A stretch of 64,000 nucleotides of DNA, from contig NZ_JBEBUX010000005.1 in NCBI RefSeq assembly GCF_040393045.1, positions 743 through 64,742 on the forward strand, written 5' to 3'. The translations under genes and the position numbers were made by a program. The stretch is from Pollutimonas bauzanensis. GTDB lineage: Bacteria > Pseudomonadota > Gammaproteobacteria > Burkholderiales > Burkholderiaceae_B. Of the stretch, positions 18,159 to 28,040 are shown in pieces. Positions within the stretch are counted from its first letter, which is position 1. Every line of letters starts with the position of its first letter. Below the pieces are notes generated by a model that did no database searches, was not told where the DNA came from, and was given only the letters and a program-made list of their open reading frames with translations.

Positions 18159-18782
18159 ATGCGAAGAGACATAGAACCGCGTTTCACCGCCACGCCATCC
18201 TCGGGGGCTCCCGAATTTCAGCTTGGCGCCAACCTTCGGAAGCTGCGCAAACAGAGGGGCCTATCGCTCCAGAGCCTCGCGCAGGCCTCGGGAGTCTCGG
18301 TGGGGATGATCAGCCAGGTCGAGCGCGGCATCGCCAATCCATCGATGCGGCTTCTGACCTCTCTGCGGCGAGCACTGAACCTCACTATGCAAGAGCTGTT
18401 CGGCGAGACCGGGAATGAAACACCCTTGACCGATGACCCGCAATTCGTGCGCCGCCGTGCACAGCGCCCGGTGATCGATTTGGGCATGCTGCACAAGGAG
18501 CTTCTGACACCACCAGACCGCCAGAACCTGCAAATCATGATTCTGCGGCTGGAGCCAGGTGGTGAATCCGGAGGGAAGGCCCTCAGCTATCCGGCGGAAA
18601 AAGGCGGGCTCGTCCTGTCAGGCAAGGTAGTCCTGAGCGTCGATGATGTGGCCGCCGAACTGGAGGCGGGCGACAGCTTCGTCTTCGACAGCACCCGACC
18701 GCATTCTCTGCGCAACACCAGCGACACATCGACAGAAGTTCTGTGGATCATCGGGGCGGTACAGTTCGACCGCCACCTCTAG
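18159..18782 (+). CDS. XRE-family HTH regulator with C-terminal cupin domain (PuuR-like architecture)
   Basis: ORF 18075..18782 trimmed to ATG 18159. LRKLRKQRGLSLQSLAQASGVSVGMISQVERG HTH. C-terminal cupin strands (GESGGKALSYPAEKGGLVLSGKV...GDSFVFDS..PHSLRN). Confidence 0.8.
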   Translation: MRRDIEPRFTATPSSGAPEFQLGANLRKLRKQRGLSLQSLAQASGVSVGMISQVERGIANPSMRLLTSLRRALNLTMQELFGETGNETPLTDDPQFVRRRAQRPVIDLGMLHKELLTPPDRQNLQIMILRLEPGGESGGKALSYPAEKGGLVLSGKVVLSVDDVAAELEAGDSFVFDSTRPHSLRNTSDTSTEVLWIIGAVQFDRHL

Positions 18783-18811
18783 CCCCTTCACCGCAACAAG
18801 GAAAATCCGTC

Positions 18812-20119
18812 ATGCAATCGTCCCGAATTGCCGAAAAGAGTACCCCCTACTGGTGGGAAGCCGCGCCGGTTCAGCCTCTGCCCGAACAGCCACTGGCGAA
18901 ACAGGTGGATGTGGTCATCGTCGGTGCGGGTTATGCCGGGCTGACTGCGGGGTTAATGCTCGCACGGGCGGGCCGTTCGGTCGCCGTACTGGACAAGATG
19001 AACCCTGGCGAAGGCGCCTCGTCGCGGAATGGCGGCATTACCAGCGGCAACATTAGGCTGAGCTATGCCGAGCTGGTACGGAAATACGGCGAAGAGCACG
19101 CCAACGCCATCGAGGCCGAAGGCAAAGCCGCGCGCGAATTCATCTATGAGTTCATCCGCACCGAGGGCCTGGATTGCGATTTCAACCTGACTGGTCGCTT
19201 CTACGGCGCCATCGGCAAGGAGCAATACGAGACGATGGCCCGCAGCGCAGAGAAGCTGCAAAAGACCCTTGGCGTCGAATCCTATGCGGTCCCTCATGCT
19301 GAACAGCGCCAATATCTAGGCACTGATTACTATCGCGGCGGCACCGTACGCATGGACATCGGCGGGCTGCATCCGGCGAAATACCATGCCGAAATCCTGC
19401 GCATCACGCTGGCGGCAGGCGTCACCGTGCACTCCGATACAGCGGTGAAATCCATCACCAAAGACGCGACAGGCTTTCGCGTCGAAACAGCGGCGGGCAC
19501 GATTACCGGCCGACAGGTGCTGATCTGCACCAATGGCTATACCGATGACTCCGATCCCTGGCTACGCCGTCGTCTGGTGCCGGTGCGCAGCCGCATCATC
19601 GCTACCGAGGAACTGCCGGCCGAGCTGATGGCGAAGCTAATGCCGCGCAGGATGATGTGTGGTGAGAGCAAGGTTCTTGGCTATTACTACCGCCCTTCTC
19701 CGGATGGGAAACGCATCCTGCTGGGTGGCCGCGATGGTTCACAAAGCGGCGACCCGGCGGCACCGACCGTCATGCTGCGGAATGGACTGATCAATCTTTT
19801 CCCCGAGCTCGCCGATGTGAAGATCAGCCACAGCTGGTTCGGCAATGTTGCCATGCACCGCGACATGCTGCCACGGATCTTCGAACACAACGGCCTTACC
19901 TATGCGACCGGCTTTTGTGGCTCTGGCGTCGTCTGGGCGCCCTGGATCGGCAGCCGCGCGGCACACAAGCTCTTGGGCGACGATGAGCAGAAATCCGCTT
20001 TCGATTTCCGGCCCATGTCTTTCATCCCGCTCTATGCCGGCCGGCCCTATTTCATGCCCGCCTTCATCCAGGTGTACCGGATGCAGGACCGTATCGCGCT
20101 GGCACGCGCCACTCGCTGA
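18812..20119 (+). CDS. FAD-dependent oxidoreductase (DAO family, PuuB/OrdL-like)
   Basis: ORF 18743..20119 trimmed to ATG 18812 (AAGGAAAA upstream). STPYWWEAAP...VDVVIVGAGYAGLTAGLMLARAG dinucleotide-binding N-terminus. Confidence 0.8.
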   Translation: MQSSRIAEKSTPYWWEAAPVQPLPEQPLAKQVDVVIVGAGYAGLTAGLMLARAGRSVAVLDKMNPGEGASSRNGGITSGNIRLSYAELVRKYGEEHANAIEAEGKAAREFIYEFIRTEGLDCDFNLTGRFYGAIGKEQYETMARSAEKLQKTLGVESYAVPHAEQRQYLGTDYYRGGTVRMDIGGLHPAKYHAEILRITLAAGVTVHSDTAVKSITKDATGFRVETAAGTITGRQVLICTNGYTDDSDPWLRRRLVPVRSRIIATEELPAELMAKLMPRRMMCGESKVLGYYYRPSPDGKRILLGGRDGSQSGDPAAPTVMLRNGLINLFPELADVKISHSWFGNVAMHRDMLPRIFEHNGLTYATGFCGSGVVWAPWIGSRAAHKLLGDDEQKSAFDFRPMSFIPLYAGRPYFMPAFIQVYRMQDRIALARATR

Positions 20120-20149
20120 ACCCCTTTTTTGATTCAGTAAGGATGTCCG

Positions 20150-21076
20150 ATGACCCTCCTCATGCTTTCCTACCCCGAGCGCGTCGAGGTTTTTCGCCGC
20201 GCCTTCGCCCGTGACCTGCCACAAGTGCCCTTCGTCAGCGATGCGGCGCAGGTCGACCCGCTCGAGGTGCGCTATCTGATAACCTGGAATTACCCCGAGA
20301 ATCTGGCCGAGCGCTACCCCAACCTCGACGTGATTTTTTCGGTTGGGGCGGGAGTCGATCATATGACCCAGGCGTCGATCCCGCCAGGGGTGAAGCTGGT
20401 CCGCATGATCGAAAGCGGCCTGACCAGCCTGATGCGGGATTATGTCGTGATGAGCGTGTTGGCTCTGCATCGCCGTCTGCCTGCCTACATCGAGCAGCAA
20501 CGGCGCCGCGAATGGATCAATCTCGAATTCACGTGGGCTGACCAACGCCGCGTCTCGGTTCTGGGCCTTGGAGAGCTCGGACAGGCCTCGCTTCAGGCGC
20601 TCAAGCCTTTCGGTTTCCGTCTGGCAGGATGGAGCCGCAGCCCGAAAGAGATCGAAGGTATCCACTCGTATCATGGTCCCGAAGGGCTGACGGCGATGCT
20701 GGCTGAAACCGACATCCTGATCTGCTTGCTGCCGCTGACCGCAGAGACCCGGCATATCCTGAATGCCGACCTCTTTGCGCAGCTGCCACAAGGGGCCTCA
20801 CTGGTTCAGGTGGGCCGGGGCGGACATCTTGATCAAGAAGCGCTACTGGCAACGCTCGATGCCGGACATCTGGAAGCGGCATTCATCGATGTGACAGATC
20901 CCGAGCCGCTACCCTCCGACCACCCGCTCTGGTCGCACCCGAAGGTGGTGCTAACGCCGCATGTGGCCGCACATACCCGCGCCGAAAGTTCAGCCGAAGC
21001 CACCATTGCCAATCTGCGCCTCATCCTTGCAGGTGAAGCACCGAACGGACTCATCGACTTCCAACGCGGATACTGA
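20150..21076 (+). CDS. D-2-hydroxyacid dehydrogenase family protein (glyoxylate/hydroxypyruvate reductase A-like)
   Basis: VSVLGLGELGQA NAD-binding loop, GRGGHLDQEAL, DVTDPEPLP, TPHVAAHT catalytic His region. Confidence 0.8.
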   Translation: MTLLMLSYPERVEVFRRAFARDLPQVPFVSDAAQVDPLEVRYLITWNYPENLAERYPNLDVIFSVGAGVDHMTQASIPPGVKLVRMIESGLTSLMRDYVVMSVLALHRRLPAYIEQQRRREWINLEFTWADQRRVSVLGLGELGQASLQALKPFGFRLAGWSRSPKEIEGIHSYHGPEGLTAMLAETDILICLLPLTAETRHILNADLFAQLPQGASLVQVGRGGHLDQEALLATLDAGHLEAAFIDVTDPEPLPSDHPLWSHPKVVLTPHVAAHTRAESSAEATIANLRLILAGEAPNGLIDFQRGY

Positions 21077-21180
21077 GCCGCATCGCGCAACAGCGTTTGC
21101 CATCCCCCGTTAACAGGCAAGAACCTAATTTAGCTTCAGTAAATGAGGCCATGTCGGCCAACCCCGCAGCAATCAAGCAG

Positions 21181-21212
21181 GCAAAGAAAAAGCCCTGTCA
21201 AAAAACAGGGCT
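21181..21212 (-). terminator. Rho-independent terminator downstream of tRNA-Ser
   Basis: Minus strand: AGCCCTGT-TTTTTG-ACAGGGCT, a perfect 8-bp stem, followed by TTTTTCTTTGC. Confidence 0.75.
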
Positions 21213-21228
21213 TATCTTTAAAAACTAC

Positions 21229-21321
21229 TGGCGGAGACGGAGGGATTCGAACCCTCGATGCGGGTATAAGCCGCATGCTCCCTTAGCAGGGGAGTACCTT
21301 CAACCACTCGGCCACGTCTCC
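21229..21321 (-). tRNA. tRNA-Ser (anticodon GCU)
   Basis: The reverse complement reads GGAGACG-TG-GCCGAGTGGTTGAAGGT-A-CTCCC-CTGCTAA-GGGAG-(long variable arm CATGCGGCTTATACCCGCATC)-GAGGG-TTCGAAT-CCCTC-CGTCTCC-G-CCA. The cloverleaf was folded by hand: class II tRNA with encoded CCA. Confidence 0.9.
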
Positions 21322-21479
21322 GAAACAGGCCGCCATTCTAGCACGATAAATCATCATATTTTCTGGAACCCCATGCTAGAAGTCCAGAATCAGAAAATTT
21401 TGGCATAAAACAGCGGTTTAAAACAATACTACGGAAAAAATTACAGCAATTTATCGTACAGCCTGGTCAAAATCACCGA

Positions 21480-22751
21480 TCAAATTTTGTCTTCGTCGGG
21501 GCTTTCCTTGTCAAGGCCAAAAGCCTTGTGAAGCGCGCGCACGGCCAATTCCATGTACTTGTCGTTGATGATGACCGACGTCTTGATTTCGCTGGTGCTG
21601 ATCATTTGGATGTTGATGCCCTCTTCCGACAAGGTGCGGAACATCAGGCTGGCAACGCCCACGTGGCTGCGCATGCCGATACCGACAATGGACACCTTGC
21701 ATACATTGTCGTCGGATACGATTTGACCGGCGCCAACGGCAGGCCCGATCTGATTGGTTAACAGATCGAGCGTACGCGCAAAGTCGTTGCGGTTAACGGT
21801 AAACGAAAAGTCGGTCGTGCCTTGCACTGACTGATTTTGCAAAATCATGTCGACATCGATATTGGCCGCGGCGACAGGACCAAGAATCGAATAGGCCACG
21901 CCCGGGGTGTCAGGGACGGCTAGCAGGGTAACTTTAGCCTCGTCACGGCTGAAGGCGATGCCCGATACAACGGCGGCTTCCATTTTTTGATCTTCCTCGA
22001 AAGTAATAAGGGTGCCCGAAGCCATTTCTTCTTCGAGCGGAATCAGCGGATCTGTCAGCGAGGACAATACCCTGACTGGCACGCGGTATTTGCCAGCGAA
22101 CTCAACCGAGCGGATTTGCAGGACTTTGGACCCCAGCGAGGCCATTTCCAGCATTTCTTCAAACGAGACCACCGTCATGCGCTGGGCCTGAGGCACCACG
22201 CGGGGATCGGTGGTGTACACGCCATCGACATCAGTAAAAATAAGGCACTCGTGGGCCTTGAGCGACGCGGCCACGGCGACAGCCGAGGTATCCGAGCCAC
22301 CCCGCCCAAGCGTCGTTATATTGCCGTCTTCGTCGACACCCTGAAAGCCGGTCACAATGACTACACGGCCTGCATCGAGATCGGTGCGGATACGCACGTC
22401 GTCGATCGACTTGATACGGGCTTTAGTAAACGATGAGTCGGTACGCACAGGAACCTGCCAGCCTGTATAGCTGCGAGCGGCCACGCCTTGAGACATCAAC
22501 GCCATGGCCAATAGCGAACTGCTGGCCTGTTCGCCGGTGGAAGCCAGCATATCAAGCTCGCGCGGATCGGGCTGCGGCGAAATTTCTTTTGCCAATCCCA
22601 ATAGCCGGTTCGTTTCACCCGACATGGCTGAAGGAACGACAACGACCTGGTGGCCGGCCGCATGCCATTTAGCCACACGCCGGGCGACGTTCTGGATGCG
22701 CTCAACCGAGCCCATGGACGTGCCGCCGTACTTATGAACAATCAGGGACAT
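21480..22751 (-). CDS. lysC: Aspartate kinase
   Basis: ORF 21480..22982 trimmed to ATG 22751. MSLIVHKYGGTSMGSVERIQNVARRV N-terminus, GGSDTSAVAVAA, two C-terminal ACT-like repeats. Confidence 0.95.
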   Translation of the reverse strand: MSLIVHKYGGTSMGSVERIQNVARRVAKWHAAGHQVVVVPSAMSGETNRLLGLAKEISPQPDPRELDMLASTGEQASSSLLAMALMSQGVAARSYTGWQVPVRTDSSFTKARIKSIDDVRIRTDLDAGRVVIVTGFQGVDEDGNITTLGRGGSDTSAVAVAASLKAHECLIFTDVDGVYTTDPRVVPQAQRMTVVSFEEMLEMASLGSKVLQIRSVEFAGKYRVPVRVLSSLTDPLIPLEEEMASGTLITFEEDQKMEAAVVSGIAFSRDEAKVTLLAVPDTPGVAYSILGPVAAANIDVDMILQNQSVQGTTDFSFTVNRNDFARTLDLLTNQIGPAVGAGQIVSDDNVCKVSIVGIGMRSHVGVASLMFRTLSEEGINIQMISTSEIKTSVIINDKYMELAVRALHKAFGLDKESPDEDKI

Positions 22752-22881
22752 CTTATACTCTGCATTAAAGGGACACTGCCTTGCGCTCTGAACGGACCGG
22801 CGCTGAAACCAGGCACACAAAGTCCAATATTTTAACGGTTTTCGGAACTGTTGTTTTCCGGCCAGCGTAACGCGCTTGGGA

Positions 22882-23916
22882 TCACGCCCCCTGCCCTGTA
22901 TCCAGCCAGACACGACCCCTGGTGCAACGCACCCATACCGAGCCATGTTTGACCTGCATTTGTCTGTCGTGGCCCATCGCATGCAGGCCGCGCAATTGCT
23001 TCATGATGTCGAGCAAACGCGCTTCGGTGGGCATGCGTACGCCGTGCAGCGAAAGCCAGTAGCGCAACACCAGGGCCTGCCGGGCGACGGACAACAAACG
23101 CCAGGCGGCAAGCGAAAAGCTGATACCGTCAGGATCGGGCGCCAGCCCTGCAAAGTCCTGCGCTGCAACTTCATCCAGCACTTCCTGAACTTGAGCGCTT
23201 TGGCGAGCGTGGCGGGTGACAGTCCCCTGCCAGCCCGGCCAACGCTCGTTCAATGCCGGAACCAAGCGCTCGCGCACTGCGGCGCGGGTATATTTGTCGT
23301 CAGCATTAGTTGGGTCTTGCACGGGTCCCCAACCGCTGATCAGAAAAAACTGACTTGCCTGCGCCAGGATGTCCGCGCGATCAACCGCCAGCCATGGCCG
23401 CAAATACGTTACGCCCTGGCGATGCGTTACATCCGACATGGCCGCCAGGCCGCCAGGCCCGGAGCCGCGCAGTAAGCGAAGAATAACGGTTTCTGCTTGG
23501 TCATTGCGATGATGAGCCAGCAATATATGCTGCAACGCCATGCGTTCGGCCAGTTGTCCAAGGGCGTCATAGCGTGCATCGCGTGCTGCCGACTCAATAC
23601 CTGCACTCGACGCTGTATCCACTCGCACGACCAGGCTGTGACACGGCACGCCCAGCCACTGGGCCAGATCATGCACATGTGCCTGCCACCGCTCTGCCGG
23701 CGCTTGCAAGCCATGGTGAACATGAAAGCAATGCAATTCCAGATTGCGGCGACGGGCAAAGATAGCCGCATGCACCGCCAGCATGGCGGAATCGGCGCCC
23801 CCGCTTAATGCGACCGCAATGCGGCGAGGCGGTTGCGGCAAGCCCGCAAGGCTGCGGCCTATGGCCTGCAGCAGGTCGGGCGAACCGAACCCGCTCCAGA
23901 ACGCATCCAGGGACAT
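22882..23916 (-). CDS. tilS: tRNA(Ile)-lysidine synthase
   Basis: PP-loop motif IAVALSGGADSAML. Size and position between accA and lysC. Confidence 0.85.
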   Translation of the reverse strand: MSLDAFWSGFGSPDLLQAIGRSLAGLPQPPRRIAVALSGGADSAMLAVHAAIFARRRNLELHCFHVHHGLQAPAERWQAHVHDLAQWLGVPCHSLVVRVDTASSAGIESAARDARYDALGQLAERMALQHILLAHHRNDQAETVILRLLRGSGPGGLAAMSDVTHRQGVTYLRPWLAVDRADILAQASQFFLISGWGPVQDPTNADDKYTRAAVRERLVPALNERWPGWQGTVTRHARQSAQVQEVLDEVAAQDFAGLAPDPDGISFSLAAWRLLSVARQALVLRYWLSLHGVRMPTEARLLDIMKQLRGLHAMGHDRQMQVKHGSVWVRCTRGRVWLDTGQGA

Positions 23917-23924
23917 GGCGGGCG

Positions 23925-24890
23925 CTAGTTAAGCGTTTCCTGAAAACGACCGTAAGACATCAGGCGCTGCACACGATGCGCAACCAATTGCTGGGCATTC
24001 ATACCCGACAACTGACGCAAGGAATCCGACAGTGCGCGGCTAAGCTGGCGCGCCATCATGACCGGATCGCGGTGGGCCCCGCCTACTGGCTCGTTGACCA
24101 CACGATCGATCAGACCCAGGTCTTTAAGGCGAGGCGCAGTAATCGCCAGGGCTTCAGCCGCGGTGGATGCCTTGTCGGCGCTGCGCCACAAAATAGAGGC
24201 GCAACCTTCAGGAGAAATCACCGCATAGGTGGCGTATTGCAACATCATCACAACGTCGCCAATAGCAATGGCCAGCGCCCCGCCCGAACCGCCTTCGCCA
24301 ATGATAGTGGCGATAATAGGCACTTTAAGTTCGGCCATGGCATAGAGGTTGTGCCCGATCGCCTCGGATTGGCCACGCTCTTCAGCCCCGATACCGGGAT
24401 AAGCCCCCGGTGTATCGACGAAGGTAAAAATAGGCAGCTGGAATTTTTCGGCAAGACGCATCAGGCGCAACGCCTTGCGATAGCCCTCAGGCCTTGGCAT
24501 GCCGAAGTTACGCATGGCGCGTTCCTTCGTGTCACGCCCTTTTTGGTGACCAATAATCATGCATGGCGTGCCATTGAACCGTGCCAGGCCGCCAATAATG
24601 GCCTGGTCATCGGCATACATGCGGTCGCCGTGCAGCTCGTGGAAATCAGTGAAGATTTCCCGGACATAGTCCAGGGTATACGGACGTTGTGGGTGCCGTG
24701 CGACCAGCGCGGTCTGCCATGGCGTAAGCTTGGAATAAATATTCTTGGCGAGCGTCTGGTTCTTTTGTTGCAAACGTCCGACCTCTTCCGAAATATCTAC
24801 GGCAGAATCGGTCTGAACAAAACGCAGTTGCTCGATCTTGTTTTCGAGCTCGGCAAGAGGTTGTTCAAATTCCAGGAAGGTATTACGCAT
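23925..24890 (-). CDS. accA: Acetyl-CoA carboxylase carboxyltransferase subunit alpha
   Basis: [24 protein letters not shown]-terminus, [34 protein letters not shown]. Confidence 0.95.
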   Translation of the reverse strand: MRNTFLEFEQPLAELENKIEQLRFVQTDSAVDISEEVGRLQQKNQTLAKNIYSKLTPWQTALVARHPQRPYTLDYVREIFTDFHELHGDRMYADDQAIIGGLARFNGTPCMIIGHQKGRDTKERAMRNFGMPRPEGYRKALRLMRLAEKFQLPIFTFVDTPGAYPGIGAEERGQSEAIGHNLYAMAELKVPIIATIIGEGGSGGALAIAIGDVVMMLQYATYAVISPEGCASILWRSADKASTAAEALAITAPRLKDLGLIDRVVNEPVGGAHRDPVMMARQLSRALSDSLRQLSGMNAQQLVAHRVQRLMSYGRFQETLN

Positions 24891-24926
24891 AAGTGCTTGG
24901 TATCCAGATTAGAGCATTCACTTTGT

Positions 24927-25574
24927 TTAGTACTGAACAGCCGCCGGATCAAGGCTACGCCATAAGTACCAAGTGGCCACCGTGCGCCATGGGGCCCAGG
25001 CCTGAGCGACTTCCCGTGCTTCGAAGCGCGAAACGGGCTCACCACTAAAGTAGTGTAACGAAATTGCCTTGAGTAGGCTCGAATCATCCAAAGGAAGGAT
25101 GTCGGGCCGCTGCAGGTTGAAGATAAGAAACATCTCGGCGGTCCACCTGCCTATGCCCCGAATAGCGCATAGATCGGCGATGACCGCTTCATCGTCCATG
25201 TTTTTCCATAAGGCGGGCTTGACCTTTTTTTCGGAAAAATGGGTAGCGAGGTCAAGAATGTATTCTGACTTGCGCTTGGACAAACCCGACAATCCACTGT
25301 CGGTTTCAGCCAGCTTAAGCACTGATCGCGGCGAAGGATATCGCCCGCAAGCTTCAGTGAACCGGTGCCACATGGCATCGGCTGCTTTAACCGAAATTTG
25401 GTGCCCCACAATCGCCCGGGCAAGCGTAATGAATGGCGTTGCAGAAGGCGCCAGCCATTCGGACTTATGCCGCGGAATCAGTTTTTTAAGGATGCGATCG
25501 CGCCCCATAAGCTGCGCGGAAGCCTCGTCCCAAAATACGGGTTTTTCTTGATCAAGGATGGGATTTTCTGACAT
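24927..25574 (-). CDS. DNA-3-methyladenine glycosylase II family protein (HhH-GPD)
   Basis: AGGAGG RBS. HhH-GPD motif LCAIRGIGRWTAEMFLIFNLQRPDILPLDD. Confidence 0.8.
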   Translation of the reverse strand: MSENPILDQEKPVFWDEASAQLMGRDRILKKLIPRHKSEWLAPSATPFITLARAIVGHQISVKAADAMWHRFTEACGRYPSPRSVLKLAETDSGLSGLSKRKSEYILDLATHFSEKKVKPALWKNMDDEAVIADLCAIRGIGRWTAEMFLIFNLQRPDILPLDDSSLLKAISLHYFSGEPVSRFEAREVAQAWAPWRTVATWYLWRSLDPAAVQY

Positions 25575-25584
25575 TGATAGCCTC

Positions 25585-27033
25585 CTAGGCGCGACGCCAT
25601 TGCGTCACACCGCCGGCCTTGTCTTCAAGTTCGATCCCGTTCTCCTGCAGTTCGGTGCGAAGGCGATCAGCCTCGGCGAAGGCTCGATCTTTCTTCGCCG
25701 CAGCACGGGCGGCGATCAAGGCCTCGATTTGGTCGTTCGATAACGTTATAACTGCTGTGTGGCCGCGCTGATAGCGGCTGGCCGACTGCAGGTATATGGC
25801 TGGGTCGGCTTGCAACAAGCCAAGCAATCCGCCTAGTGCCCGCATCAGGCCCGACGCCTGACCGGAGTGGCTGCGATTGGCTTCGGACGACAGCTCGAAC
25901 AATGCAGCAACGGCACCCGAAGTATTGAAGTCATCGTCCATGGCGGCGCGAAAAGCTGCCGCGCTGGGGTGATCCCAATCGATCTCGGCGTGAACGGCCG
26001 GCACGTTATGCAGCGTCTGGTACAAGCGATCCAAGGCGTTCTGGGCATCCAGCAGATTGTCGGGTGCGTAGTTCTGTGGACTGCGGTAATGATTGCGTAC
26101 GATGAAAAACCGCAACATTTCGGCTTCGCGTGGATTGGCCTGATAACTGGCCTGATCGTCGGACAAACCGGAATCGGCAGCGATAGTGGCCCGTATCGTG
26201 CTGAAATTGCCCAGGGATTTCGACATTTTGTCGGCATCGACCATCAGGGGCCCGCAATGCATCCACACCGACGCCAGCGTTCCACCGAAAGCGCCTTCCG
26301 TTTGGGCGATCTCGTTCTCGTGATGCGGGAACTTCAGGTCCGGGCCGCCGCCGTGAATATCCAAAGGCAACCCAAGCAAGGCTTTGCTCATGGCCGAGCA
26401 TTCAATGTGCCAGCCAGGACGTCCCATGCCATAAGGCGACTCCCATTTGGATTCCGGCGGCTCGTCGGCCTTGGCTGTTTTCCATAAAACAAAGTCCAGC
26501 GGGTCGCGCTTACTGCTTGCTACAGCGACGCGCTCTCCGGCGCGCAAGTCATCGAGCGATTTACCCGAAAGCTTCCCGTACCCGGCAAAACCGCGCACCG
26601 AAAAATTCACATCGCCGTCGTCCGACTGATATGCGAGTCCGTTGTCTTCAAGGCGCTTGATGATGCCTAGCATTTCGCCCACATGATCCGTGGCCAGGGG
26701 CTCGGCGTCGGGGGCTGCAACACCCAGCGCGCGCTCGTCGGCGTGCATGGCATCGATATAAAACGAAGTCACTTCGTTCAAGCGGCGGCCGCTTTGCACA
26801 GCCCTGCGTATGATTTTGTCGTCGATATCGGTGATATTGCGCACGTAATTGACTTTATAGCCACTAGCCCGCAGCCAGCGCTGCACGATGTCGAAGCTCA
26901 CCAACATGCGCGCATGTCCAAGATGACAAAAATCGTAAACCGTCATGCCGCATACATACATGCGCACCTGACCAGGTTCTACGGTTTTCAGTGGCTCTTT
27001 GGTGCGGGAAAGGGTGTTATAAATGTGCAGCAT
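25585..27033 (-). CDS. cysS: Cysteine--tRNA ligase
   Basis: ORF 25585..27078 trimmed to ATG 27033 ([15 protein letters not shown]). [15 protein letters not shown] (HIGH region) and KMSKSLGN. Confidence 0.95.
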   Translation of the reverse strand: MLHIYNTLSRTKEPLKTVEPGQVRMYVCGMTVYDFCHLGHARMLVSFDIVQRWLRASGYKVNYVRNITDIDDKIIRRAVQSGRRLNEVTSFYIDAMHADERALGVAAPDAEPLATDHVGEMLGIIKRLEDNGLAYQSDDGDVNFSVRGFAGYGKLSGKSLDDLRAGERVAVASSKRDPLDFVLWKTAKADEPPESKWESPYGMGRPGWHIECSAMSKALLGLPLDIHGGGPDLKFPHHENEIAQTEGAFGGTLASVWMHCGPLMVDADKMSKSLGNFSTIRATIAADSGLSDDQASYQANPREAEMLRFFIVRNHYRSPQNYAPDNLLDAQNALDRLYQTLHNVPAVHAEIDWDHPSAAAFRAAMDDDFNTSGAVAALFELSSEANRSHSGQASGLMRALGGLLGLLQADPAIYLQSASRYQRGHTAVITLSNDQIEALIAARAAAKKDRAFAEADRLRTELQENGIELEDKAGGVTQWRRA

Positions 27034-27245
27034 GTGCGGTAAATATCTATAAATGAGTACGATTGCGGGCCGGATCAATACAGATCCGGTTGCAGTAAAC
27101 TGGGTGCTATGTTCAAAGCATGGCTAAAATGGCGGTCGATAAGTATAGCAAGCGGGCAAAACAGGCGCTGCGCCGATCGGGCTGATTTCTGATTTAACCT
27201 TGATGCTATCCACCAACGCAACCCTTACATATAGGTGCATAACCT

Positions 27246-28016
27246 GTGTTTCGAATTACTTGCCGTGTAGCAGCGATCGCCCTTATTGCAGGCGGGCTGT
27301 CAATACAAAAAGCCGGCGCCCAAACTCCGGCGCCCGGCCTTGAGCCAAACGCCGATCTTACCGCCACACTGGACGCCGGTCCAGATGCGAAAGCATTTAG
27401 CAATGAATCCGGTGGTGTTTTCGTGCAGTTCGACCAGCAGGTATTCGCTGACGACAGCAAACTGTTCAACGATCCTCCTCCCACAGAAGGCGGCTGGAAG
27501 GGCTTGGCCAATTTGCTCGAAGCGCTGACCCCCAGCGTCGACACGGAAATCCCCCTTACCGCATCCGAGATCACAAGCAGAATCTCGACCATGCTGGACA
27601 ACGGCGAATATCAGGAAGCGCTTAATGTCATCGAAAAGCGGACCCAGCAATATGAAGCCACAACCAACCTGGGCACCGATGTACAGTTGATGTTCCTGCA
27701 CGGCCGGGCACTTGCCGCGCTAGGCCGGCAGGACGAAGCAATAGACATTTACATCAACATGACCACGAAATATCCGGAGCTGCCCGAGCCCTGGAATAAC
27801 CTGGCGTCGGAATATGTTAAACAAGGCAAGCTGGAAATGGCGCAAGATGCCTTGACGATGGCGCTGGCAGCCAATCCCAACTACGGCACGGCCAAGGCCA
27901 ATCTGGGCGAAGTTCAGCTTATGCTGGCCCAACGATCCTTTCAGGACGCCGCCCGAATGGGTGTCGGCGGCTCGCAAAGTAAAGCCGATGCTACTGCCGA
28001 TGTCCTGAAAAAATAA
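27246..28016 (+). CDS. Secreted tetratricopeptide-repeat protein
   Basis: GTG start. Signal peptide (AAIALIAGGLSIQKAGAQ). TPR-like helical repeats (YQEALNVIEK, GRQDEAIDIYINM, QGKLEMAQDALTMALAANPNY). Confidence 0.7.
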   Translation: MFRITCRVAAIALIAGGLSIQKAGAQTPAPGLEPNADLTATLDAGPDAKAFSNESGGVFVQFDQQVFADDSKLFNDPPPTEGGWKGLANLLEALTPSVDTEIPLTASEITSRISTMLDNGEYQEALNVIEKRTQQYEATTNLGTDVQLMFLHGRALAALGRQDEAIDIYINMTTKYPELPEPWNNLASEYVKQGKLEMAQDALTMALAANPNYGTAKANLGEVQLMLAQRSFQDAARMGVGGSQSKADATADVLKK

Positions 28017-28040
28017 TTCACCGGGAATATTATCTACACC

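Noticed and set aside
19739-20791. 350-aa minus-strand ORF
   Set aside because: It lies antisense to the FAD oxidoreductase and 2-hydroxyacid dehydrogenase genes, both of which have clear motifs. It is a shadow ORF.
12591-21321. Genomic island integrated at the 3' end of tRNA-Ser
   Set aside because: The accessory-looking clusters do lie on the 3' side of the tRNA. However, I saw no integrase, no direct repeat of the tRNA 3' end and no mobility genes, so the evidence is insufficient.
22752-22881. Lysine riboswitch (L-box) or other leader structure upstream of lysC
   Set aside because: The 130-nt leader is too short and lacks the conserved L-box helices as far as I can judge by eye.
23808-24965. 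385-aa plus-strand ORF
   Set aside because: It lies antisense to accA and tilS, which are unambiguous. It is a shadow ORF.
27120-27185. 21-codon ORF ([21 protein letters not shown]) in the cysS / TPR intergenic region
   Set aside because: It has no RBS and no supporting feature. It is probably a chance ORF inside a divergent promoter region.
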